Assembly: GCA_002633005.1 (NCBI GenBank)
Contig: NMRA01000010.1
Coordinates: 2,014,924-2,078,923 of the forward strand
Source of the DNA: Phoronis australis
Lineage: Eukaryota > Animalia > Phoronida
Length of the DNA: 64,000 nucleotides
Reading direction: 5' to 3'
In this document: positions 27,201-39,200 of the stretch, piece by piece
Position numbering within the stretch: position 1 is the first letter of the stretch
How the letters are laid out: each line of letters opens with the position of its first letter
Translations under genes and position numbers: made by a program
The notes under the pieces: model-generated
What the model was told of the DNA's origin: nothing
The model's database searches: none
What the model saw: the letters and a program-made list of their open reading frames with translations, nothing else

Positions 27201-30200
27201 GCGTGCTGGATACTCAGGACAGACTGATAAAACAGCATTATGTTATGAACGTCTCAATAGGTTTTCTTCATTTGAGAAGAATTTAAACCTTCTATAAGGT
27301 GTTTCTGTTACAAAATGTGATTCATACTTCGAATTATACAAACTGCAAAGAACGTAAAATTAGGTTATTAACTACGACAAGTGAGGCAAGGATTGTGGTT
27401 CATTAATTAATCATTACATCTTGAGTTAAGGATTTTTTGAATAAGTAGACTAGTAGTCAGCAGCATTATTCACTTCAATGTTGTCTTCAACCTGGTTACA
27501 GTTATTTGAACCTAAGTGTCAGTCATCTGCGGAGAAAACGCGACGTGTTCTACATGAGCACATGAAGCAAGCGAGTTATATGGCCGGCATCAATAACCGT
27601 GGGACGGTGTTACTCATACAGCAAGACATGGCTGATGACTGTTTACAGGACATAAGCTGTCTTATTAGAGAAGGTAACATTAGCCTTGTGTTTCTGTATG
27701 ATAATGACAAAGATTAGATGGCAATTCTCCACGTCTTATTTTTGTTCAAAAATAATTACCAAAATTTCCATCATTCAGTTTTTAAAAGACTGATCACCTT
27801 GCTCTAAATAATGTCAACCTTATCAAATGTTGTTTTATACCCTCTACACACTACAAACCATGCTGGTAATAGACTAACATTTTTTTAGTCTTTATTTTTC
27901 CGGTGAAATTGGACAAAATAGAGTTTCACTCGTCTCTCATATTGTGTGCTAAGTAAGTGAAAACTACATTTTCCATCTTATCATGTGAAGGTTAACAAAC
28001 CTGAGTCACTCCTATAGACTTGCCTTCTTTCTTCTTCACATTTTCTTAAGCTCATGCATAATGCTTGACTTGAAACTAGTTGTATGTCATTGTTATGCAA
28101 CGATGTTTATGTAATGTTGCAGAACTGATATTAGTGGTATGGTGTCCATTATTATACCCTACTTATGCTCCTGTTGTCATGTTGCCTAGCTACAAACCCA
28201 GACAAAGTTTGAAATATCTCACGCTGATTTTCCATCTTGTCCTTATTTGGGCCTGTTGAGAGAATTACGTCACTCCATAACTGCGGTGACAATCCCCACC
28301 TAGATGTATTTGTTTAATATTAATTACCTTTGAATTCTTTCTTTGTTATTTCATTGAATTGATGCAAGACTTGAACACTCCTTGGTCTATTTTTGTCTTT
28401 ACAATAATTACAGTTAACATTTTAATTGCTTTTGTCTCCTGCCAGGATCTTGTCCTTCTCTGTACAGTATGACTGAGCTTCAACAGATCACTGGTGGTTT
28501 GAATGCCGGTGGTGTGATAACGAGGCGCATGGATAAGGTCGACCATGCCATTGAGAAGTTCACAGCCAAGGTCAAACAGAACCTTCATGTTATTGTCAAT
28601 CTCAATTACAAAGGTGAGAACTCTATCGATTGTGGACAATTCTAGATTAAATTCTACCTGAATTCCATCAGGTTAGCGCCTACCTTTGGCTTAATTATAG
28701 CAAATTAAGGCAGTATTTCTTAAAGAATTTACACCCATTCGGGTTATCATCCTACGCTCTGCTCAGTACTCCCTGCAGTATTCTTTATTCTAAAAATTTT
28801 CACACATGTTTGATTATATGCCCATTCTCCAATGTACATTTGGGAATTTAAATTATTTTTCTTTACAAGTTCCCAAATGTTTTGTTTCATTGAAGGAAAC
28901 ATATATTGAGAGTTCACAACTCACATTAGAATTGACTTTGACTTTTTAGCTTAGGAAGAAAGGACAACTCAGTAAGTTACACTAAAAACACAAAAGATGG
29001 CGTTAGTGGTGATACATTGGGACTAAATGTGTGCTAAAAGACACAGTTAAGAGCAACAATGCAATATGTTTCTGCAGGTACCCTGAATGTCCTTGACTTC
29101 AACTCATTACATCATAAGTTGAGTAAATGTCCGACATTCCTCACGCACATGACGTGCGTGGATGTGTATAAAGAGTGGACCTCCGATGCATTTGTCACCG
29201 TCGCCGAGACATGGCTCAAGGATACGAGTGGGGTGAGTCAATTATTTTACTCAGGATTTATTATTATTGGGAGGGGGGTGGATTTCTGTTTGTTTTTAGC
29301 CTGGTTAGCATAATTCACGGTTTTTCTTCGATTGCATTGTCCAACTTGTGTCTTGTTTTCAATCAATACTGCAGTAGCAGTAAGCCACTTTATTAGGCAA
29401 CTAACTTTGTCATGTTGAAATTGTTGAACAATGTCGTCATGCCAACATTCTACTGCAATTAAATTAAGATTAGGTGTTACATGTCATGCTCAAATCTTGA
29501 CTGCGAAAATTGACCAAGTGTGTGGTGCATTTCGATTACACATTTAAATTTTTATGAAATGTAGGTCAATTTTCCAGTCTCGGGCAAAAGTTTTGTTGGT
29601 TACGCAGTCCATGTGTCTCATGTGGCCATATGCATAATCTCTATACATTCTGTGGCACGTTCAGTCTTCAAATCGTGTTGTTTGGGCCGTACTTGATAAC
29701 ATGTCCTTTCTTTCCGTACCCACAGATCCAAGTGCATTGGAGTGCATCTGGTCGCGACCGCCAGATTCATTCCGTCGCCCAGGCCATGTCCTATATCCAC
29801 AAGTCGGCGCGCCTGGCAATCCAACGTCTGTACTCGCATCAGCCTCAGATGGAACGATTCTACACACCACTCACTTACCAAGAGTTTGTGCACATGTTCA
29901 AGGTGGTTGCTGCTCATATAGAGGGGGAGGAGCAGGTGGGCAGGGCTTAGGGGCGGAGCTTACAGAAAATGATATTTACTTGGTGGCAACTAACTTTCAC
30001 TCGTGAGGTTATAGACACCTCAAACCAGCATGTGTTGCAATGAAGTTCAAATAGCTGCTTACTTTTGTGTGATTGGCTTATCTACTTTGCTCATCGTGAA
30101 ACAATCTGAACAACTCAGCTGTATCTGATTAACATATTTCTACAATTGTGATGGCAGTTTTCATAATCAAACAACTGATTGGTTGCAAGGTTGCATTTTG

Positions 30201-33200
30201 ATGAAAAAATCATGTAGCTCATACCTTGTTTAAAAGACACTTGTCTGTTGTATATAAACTTAATACATGCTCTGCACTAACTGAAAATTGATCCGGACAT
30301 TGCAAAGCTAACTAGATTCTTTTACGCATGTTGATTATGTCAGCCATATTCATGCAAGAACACGGTGGTGCCCTCTGGTGTCCTTCGTAGAGATAAGTCC
30401 AGGAAGAATTCCTATAAGAACGAGGCATTTTCTCACCAATTGAAGCGCATAAACTTCCTTATGGAATATGATGGCTCCTCATCCAAAAGTGAAAACATTT
30501 TAAAAATAATTTCTAACAGCATTTGGGAGAACAATGCATAAAGCATGGTATGTTAAAAGTTTTCTGAAATATTTGACAAATTTGGACATTTCTCTGTTCT
30601 GCCTTAGTACTATTCATGTTTTCTGCTTTATTTGCGGCATTTTCTAGAAAACCATTGAGCGTAATCAGTGTGCACTGAAGCGTGTCGATGAGGCCATCGA
30701 GGAAGTGGACAAACACAAGAAATATGTGGCCTCGCTGATGCCGAGACTGGAGAGGGCGCTGAAGAATGTTGATCAGTGTCTTCAGGATGTTCAGAAGTCA
30801 AGAGAAGAATACAAGCAGGTAATTGTAGTGTATGGGATGGATGCCTTCAGTTCATTCTCTAAGTGGTTCATAAGTCTAGAGAAGAATACAAGCAGGTATA
30901 TTCAGTGTACGTATGTCTTGACCATTCAGCATTCAAAGGACATGGTGGAGGAAGTGGTTCAGAAGGCTTGTGGAAGAGCCACAGTGAAAATTGAAATTAA
31001 GATTCATTGTTATGAGGTCGCATAGAAGTGAAAATCTTTGCCAACATTGTACAAAGAAGTAATGGTATCTTTCTCAGAATTTTGCCTAATCTACTTTTAT
31101 GGGACTTTTAACCTGATGGGTCGATTTTTTTATTCATGTTTAACAGACTTCTTGAAATCTTTAATGTCACATATATCTACTAAATGACTTCTGTCTTCAT
31201 GTGAAGTAGTTTGGGTGTCATTATTCCCCTGTGGACCTGTTCATAAAATACACCATGCCGAAATGTGAACAACCAAATTACTAAAAGATCATTTCTTTTG
31301 TTTACTAGATAATTTTAATCTGTGATCTCTTCCTGTGACTTTAGGCCCTTGATGACTGTCGGGAGCAGGAACTGCTAATCTCTCAGAAGGTGGCGCCAGT
31401 GCAGCAGTGCAGGAGTGAAGCCAAGGCTGAGTTTAATAGGGTGTGTGACAATGATTATTAATAACACTTCATGTAAATGGGTGGTAGTGCACCAGAAACT
31501 GTTGTGAGAAGCTGTGGTCATTCACAGCTATGTTGGAAGCCTTTTTAATATGAAAAGTATTAGGTTCTGGCAGTTATTTTTGTCATATTGGTGAATTGCA
31601 CACTTAAGACATTCATATAACATATATATGATTGTGAGGTTTTGCAGTGGCAACATTTTGTTCCCTCATGACTGAGAATGAAGAATATTAACGGAACAAA
31701 GAAAGGTGGCTGTAATGCATTCTGTAATTAATCGTCATTTTTGCTGTTAACATTATAGTCATCACGACAGGGAAATGTTTTTTGTCTGTCTTACTTCAAT
31801 TTGTCTTGTACCATACCTTGCAGTGTAATTTTATTTGGCATTCTAGATCAATCCGGTCTACAGCGCTGCCCTGGCTGCTCTGAGAGCGCTTAGTCAACAC
31901 GACGTTGAGGAGATTCGTACCTACCGCGAACCCCCACAGAGGGTGATACTGGTGCTTCAAGCTGTGGCCATGTTGTTTGGAATGGAACAAGAGTATGTTG
32001 TCTTTCTGTTGCAGACGTTATAAGATTTTAGTTAAAATTACATCTTTTGGGTACTCTTCAGAAGTCGGCACCATCTCCAAACTCTGTGCTTAGCAAGTGT
32101 GGCTTAATGCGGTTTTTGTCCGTAATTGTTTGATGGATGATACAAGCATGCCATCTAGCATGTACATTGCTTGCAACTTTTTGAGAAACATGTGCAAGTC
32201 ATTTAAAAGGTCCAACACTATGTCCACTTTTTCAAGATGGCTGCCAGTGTAAGCAAAGACATCAAAATATAGTATTGACAGCTGTTTGTCATTTCACGAC
32301 AGGAGATAAATTTATTGATTTTGTATGGACACAAGCACATGGGGTTAGTGATTATTGCTCATAACTTAGGAGTTTTTCCCTAATCTTGGATATTTGCAAT
32401 TTAAGAACAGCATTACTGTTGCTATATAATTTTTCTAAATGAATGTTGAGTTAGCGTCACCTATTGTTGAATTGATGCAGCCANATTTTACCGCAGTTAA
32501 AATCACATCTTTTGAGTACTCTTCAGAAGTCGGTACCATCTCCAATCTCTGTGCTTAGCAAGTGTGGCTTAATGCGGTTTTTGTCCGTAATTGTTTGGTG
32601 GATGATACAAGCATGCCATCTTGCATGTACGTTGCTTATAACTTTTTGAGAAACATGTGCAAGTCATTTAAAAGGTCCAACACTATGTCCACTTTTTCAA
32701 GATGGCTGCCAGTGTAAGCAAAGACATCAAAATATAGTATTGACAGCTGTTTGTCATTTCACGACAGGAGATAAATTTATTGATTTTGTACGAACACAAG
32801 CACATGGGGTTAGTGATTATTGCTCATAACTTAGGAGTTTTTCCCTAATCTTGGATATTTGCAATTTAAGAACAGCATTACTGTTGCTATATAATTTTTC
32901 TAAATGAATGTTGAGTTAGCGTCACGTATTGTTGAATTGATGCAGCCAGCCGGTCAGAACCGGTCCTAACTAGTCGGAATCTGTCATACTTGACATTGTG
33001 GAATTAACAATTGAATTTTAAGAGATGTGTACTTTTTCTTTAAAATGTTATTCTAGGCAAACATTTCGGATTTTGTGCATGGCATCAAATGAGATATTGG
33101 GTCCACAAGCTTGGCTTTTTGTTTACTGAAACTTAGCTCCAGTGTGCGTGGCAGTTCTTAGATATAAGGAAAATTATATTCACATTGTGGAAATAAAGTT

Positions 33201-36200
33201 CAACAATTTATGTGATAATTTTATAGCAGTAGTTTGAGGCCTTCTGTTCCAATTTTCTTTGTGACTTTTAATGGATTTTGTGTGCTTCAGCTGGGAAACA
33301 TCGCGATCGATGATCTATGGTGCTAGCTTCTACCGTGAGCTCGAGTTCTACGACAAGAACAACATGTCTGACGAAGTGTTCGAGAAGCTTCACGCATTCA
33401 TCTCCAATCCCGAGTTTCACCCTCGCACCGTCCTGAAGGCGAGTAAGGCAGCCGCCTCTCTCAGCCTCTGGGTACACGCACTCTACAACTACAAGAAGAT
33501 CTCCAACAAGATGGCTCCTAGCCTGGCAGCACTGCACCAAGCTGAGCGAGACCTGACAAAGGTAGTCATGTCTCACTGACAATGATCGCTTTCTTCTGCT
33601 GTCTTTGAATAATTGAGATTTGTATAGCACAAGCCTTTAAATACATGTTTTACTTTCATGACCAGATTCTTTATGATTGTCAGTGGTTAACACTGCCTAC
33701 TGTCTTGACTGTGTTGTCACATAATGGTTTAACTTGGCTTGTCCAATCAATAACCCAGCTGAAGTTATCGTTGTCATCTAATTACTGCTAAAGAATGAAG
33801 ATTGATGAATTGGTAAACTCTGTTGTAAATACCTGTAGTTGTTTCAAGTGGGAATTAATGTCATTCTGTGTTAATGGTTGCAGCAACAAATTGTGTTGGG
33901 ACAGAAGAGGATCGAAGCCGGACGTGTGAAGCGGATCCTTCAACAAAACATAGATAAACACAGAGAAGCTGTGAGGGAAGCAAAGTCTCTGGAAAAGCAA
34001 ATCATGGTATTGATTCCGGTCTCAAATTTCTGGGCAGCAGGGTTTCTTCCATAGCATGGGTTCCTGTACAGAGGTGTCACCACACATTGAAAACCCAAAC
34101 TATCATAATACCTGAACAACTGGGAAAATAGGTGCTCAAGACAATAATTGCTATTGATGAAATGCTTTACCCATTGTTACTGTTTTCAATTATTGCTCCT
34201 TCACGTGCAGAAAACAGTAATTGTTTTCAAAATAAAGTTCAACAGAACTCTGCCAGACTGCCGAACATTTTGTTAGAGTTATTTGGTAGTTTTAGCTGAT
34301 CTTCTGTCACCTTAAAATGGCGTTTCTGTTGAAGTTTTGTTGAAGCTTAATGTGGTGTTATTGTGCCTAGTCGCTTATTGTTTATTGATGTAATGGTTTT
34401 ATGCTGTAAGTTGCTTCAATTTCTCCAAAATGAAGGGTTTTTTTGAGACTTAGCTTGAATTGAAACAGAATCTAGTTGACAATAAGTGAATATTTAGTTG
34501 CATTTTTGTATGCCGAAACTTTGTTGAATTTTGACATTGTCCAGTTTATTTTAGAAGTTCAGTAAATCCAGAGCAGATTTGTGTCTGCTGAATGTATGTT
34601 TAGGCTGGAACAGAATTGCTTCTGTATGGCTGTCATGTTGGTTTTGTTTTTGTCTTCCTTTGGTACAAACCAAAAGAACTTGTATACATTACAATGACTT
34701 CGTTTTTCTTTTGCAGAACATTGAAGGCAACGTCACCGAGTCTAACGATGTTATGACCAAGATGTCTCCGCTTTTCACAAGGTGGCGCTCACAGCTCAAC
34801 TCGGCCAAAAACCGCCTGCAGACATTGCCAGGTGATTGCCTGCTAACAGCCGCGGCAGTTACGTATTATGGCCCTCTGAACTGGGAGATGCGCGAAGAGC
34901 TGATGGCTGACTGGAAGCACAGGTGCATTGTGGGAAAATTTGACTGGAAGAACATTGACATGAGTGTGCGGAAACGAACAGTCTTGAGCGCCAAACTTCA
35001 CAACATTGCATGGGAGCTTCCCGATAATGCTGAGGGTGGATCGAACGATATGAAACTTGATTCACCAGCACACGCGGTAGAGAGGCCACAAACATCATCC
35101 AAACATCTAACAAAAGATAATGCTGGCAATGACCATCCAAAATTATCCTCGTGCTTGCCGCTCAGTCACCAAGGGCAACGTGTGCGGAACATCGAATTCC
35201 GTAACAATCTGGAAATATTTGACCGTGCCATTGAACGCCATGTGGAACAAGACAAAAGAAAATCTGACAATCCCGTGGCGGTGAGGGAGCAGTTTTCGCT
35301 GGAGGAGGTGTTAAGTTCATTCGATGAGCTCAGCGAGTGGCGTACATCTCACGTTCCTCAAGTAAGTTCATGCATGTAGTGGGTTGCGGAAGCTCCTCCA
35401 TTTTGGTTAGTTGTAAATGTGTTCTTCACAATCGTGCTAGTTGGTTTACCAAGTTGAGACCATAAAATTGGATATTTACGTATAGTACACTTGAAACAAA
35501 CAGAAATACTAAATCTTACAAAGTTACTCACACATGCACTCCTTCCTGAAACGTCGCTAGAGCCTTCGGTGTTTGATTTGAAAACATTTTGTGTTTAGTT
35601 GTCTTCAAGAATTTTTTTCAATTTTAAATGGAATTATAATTTTTGAATCTTTTGTCTCATGCATGTATAAAAGTCGGGCCTAATTCGTCCCATAAGACTG
35701 CAACAAATTTGTCTTTAAAAAAAGATTAGAAATCATTTTGAGGCTTAATGACAACCTACACATCATTATTTGCGTCAGACTATGTCCTTTAAGATACTTG
35801 TCTAGGCAGCTACTTAGGAAGTATGGATGGAGGAGAAATTCCTGGTGATATATGAAACCCTTTTAAATTTAAACAAAGGGCACAAATGCGATAACCTCGA
35901 TGGAAGAGCAAATACTATGATGAAGAAAGTTGTTTTAACATTGCCTAGGGCATGTTTTATGGTACCTTGATGAATGTTTTTTTGTAGGATATCCTGGCCA
36001 TACAGAATGCACTGATTATGCGTGTTTGTTCCCATAACAACAAACACTGCTGGCCCCTGTTGGTTGATCCTGATAACCAGGTGGAATTGTGGGTAAAACT
36101 ATTGCAGCAGAGCAAGAATGTGATTTCCATGGAGCCCAAGTCTCCCAGCACACCAAATTATGGAGAAGGTAAGCACAAAATGCAGTAGAAATTAATGGCA

Positions 36201-39200
36201 CTCTGCTTCTCCGTTAGAGCGGAAACTTTTGCTCAAGATGGATGTACAGATTATTTTTTCTAAAACTATTTTTCAGATGTTTAATAGGGAACAAGTTCTG
36301 AACAATGCCTAAAATAATCCTCTACCAAAGAAATGGTAATCTGTTTGAATCAATGGAGTTCTTATTGCATAGATGTGAATATTCTCTTGATAATTGCCAT
36401 TTATGCTAAATCTGTTTCAAGCATCCACACTTCCCACCTCGCCACTCTTGGCACCGAGCCAGCCGTACGCCTTGTCAGTGGCTAGTTTTTATGACTCCGA
36501 CCTTCATGATGACGTTAGTGTGATCGATATCTCGGAAAGTAGGTCACAGACTGCAACTTCTTTTTTCACCGAGTCCAGACCAGCCACGAGGTAAAGTTGT
36601 AAACCTATTTGAACACTTCATTTTGTTATGCAATAACAAGTTTTATGTACAATTATCAGCGTTCTCCAGAAGATGTGAATTTGACTGAAAATAAAGTTCA
36701 TGTATTTGTTCGAAAGTCCATGAACATACTGTGGGGGAATTTGTTAAGTCTTGAAACAAATGCATTGAACTTGTACAAAAAATCCAAAATATCCTAATTT
36801 TCCTAAGAAATGACTACGGTAATCTCCCAATACTTCAAACTCGTGTGTGTTTTCAACCTTATCGCAAGTGAGCCAAACTCAGCAAGGAAAAGTTCAAAAC
36901 TCCATGACTTGTTGAGAGTGGCGAGTCAGAACAGGCTGTGAACACTGATTGTTGTTTATTCTTATCCTGATCTCATTTAGGTTACTTTTTAACTCTTGTT
37001 ATTGAATCCAGCTTGACTGGTAGTTCTTTTTTAGCTTTGGGTGAAAATTTACTCAATCTGCAAACTGTGCTTCTCCACGTTTGAAAGAAGTAATGAGAAT
37101 TTACTGCCATTTGCCAAGAGACAACAAATACCATTTACTATAGCTGCCACAAGAGCATTTCATTAGTTTCAAAACTGATTTTGTTCTAATATCATTTCAG
37201 CTGTAAGCTACTTCCTTGCCAGAATTTCGTCTGGTAAATGTTCCATTTTTTGTCTCTATTTCTCTTCCCTCATTATAAGTTTTCATATGTCATCTTGTCT
37301 CATTAGATTTTGTGGCTTTCAGAACTAAAAGGAATCAGTTTTTAAAACCAACGTAAGTATGAAATTGACTCGCGACACTTCCAACATCTTTTGTTTCCTT
37401 CCCTGACTGATGCCTTTCACCGTCTGTTCACAATCCCGAATAACACCAAAACTAAGATACGAATTTCTCCTCCCTTAACTAATTAAAAGCCAATGAATTC
37501 TAATAAATAAAATTTAAATTTTGTTTCATAACTTCGGACTGCAGATCTTACCACGTATTTGGCAATATTTTATGTAGATTGCTATGTATTTATTATTTCA
37601 AACATTGATTTATGATTAGTGAATAACTGCTAAACTGTAAGTTCCTTTATCTTTTGCTAGAAAATAGCCATGATTGCTTTTTTGTTGAAAATAAAAATAT
37701 TGCGTTTTGTAATATTTTAATTAGATTCTATTAAATAATTAAAATTGTTCATAGAGATTAAAATTTATTGAAGGAAATCTGTTTGTCTTCGTCCATCCTA
37801 CACTGCTATGAGTTTGGGTGACCTTTCTCTCTACTGTGGGAAGGCGTCGAGGCAAGAATTATTCTTACGCTTTCTCGTTGGTTGTAGCCAGAGTTTAGTT
37901 GTGTTGAGCATCAGACTGAATTTGTCATGAAGGATTTACATACATTGTGCAGTTGCGTTATTTTAAGTTGTGTTCATTTTTTGTTGTCTAATTGTTGATT
38001 GCAGTGGCTTGAACTGTCAATGTGTGCAATATTTGCATACTTCAAGAATCCTGAAAAGACGGAGCTTTCTTTTGTATTAGTTCCTAGATGATGAGATCTT
38101 TTCAGTGGTGACAATGTTGCTAAATTAGAACTACATGGTGTTGATTCATTTCACCCTTGTAATATTTAACTCTAAACTTGAATTGATTTGCACTGAATTT
38201 AAATTGTTTTCCCGTTTTTCAAATGTTCACTACGTTGTTACAGTCACTCAAATTTTTACGAAAATGTTCGTGAGTGTTAATTGTGGAGTACAAACCATTA
38301 TTAACATCGGAGTTAAGGTTATGTAAGGCCATATTAACATGAATTACATCAGAGTTAAGGTTATGTAAGACCATATTAACATGATTGTGTATTCAGCTAA
38401 ATAGCTACAAATTAAACTGAGATTAGTCAGTAAAAGTAGGCATTTTCTGAAAGTGGAAAGCCTGCAGGATTTGAGTCGTTGACTTTTTAACAATTTGTAA
38501 TTAATTGGGTCACGTGACCATGTCTTTTTGGTAAAATTTAGTTAAGGCGAAATTTGCACATGTTGATTGGTGTGTTTTAAAACTGTTTCAGTTTTTAAAA
38601 TTGTAATGAAATACTTATTTTGTTCTTATTTAAGATAACTTTTGATATTTTTTCATTGTAATCATAGAAGTCCCATTTTTGATAGCCCCCTTGTGGACAA
38701 CACTGCGTAAACTATAATAGTATCTGAAAGTTTCGTCAATCTGGTCAGCTTTGTATGTTTTGAAGCTAGCCAAATTTGGTCAGTTTTCTAGGGTCCTAAA
38801 TAACCTTAAAACTTACCGTAATTCTTGTTTTTGATGATAAATTTGACAAAAATGAAATTCACCTGTTGTTCTTTGTCTACCTGGTGAATGCCAGGCTGAG
38901 TAATTTATTATTCAATAGTCTTGTGCTTGCTTGCAACAGTCATTTTTGTAGCTGTAGAGGGTATCTTATGTTAAGACTTCAGAAAGGTTTGTACTGCTAT
39001 TGATCCAGTGAAGTTGGACCATGTGCTTGTAGTCATGCCAAGTGAACTTGTGGTTTTGAGCTCTCAACTTATGGGAGAAATTTCTATAATGCCATCATAG
39101 TATTTTGCCTGCTTTGTAGGCTTCTGTGCATTAGAAGGTCAGTTTCAGTGGCTAAACATTTAAAATTTTGGTGCGTTTTGGTACCCGTGAGTTTTCTTAA

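Noticed and set aside
32030-32948. Apparent recent segmental duplication
   Set aside because: The junction is a single N and the copies differ by scattered substitutions; most likely uncollapsed haplotypes.
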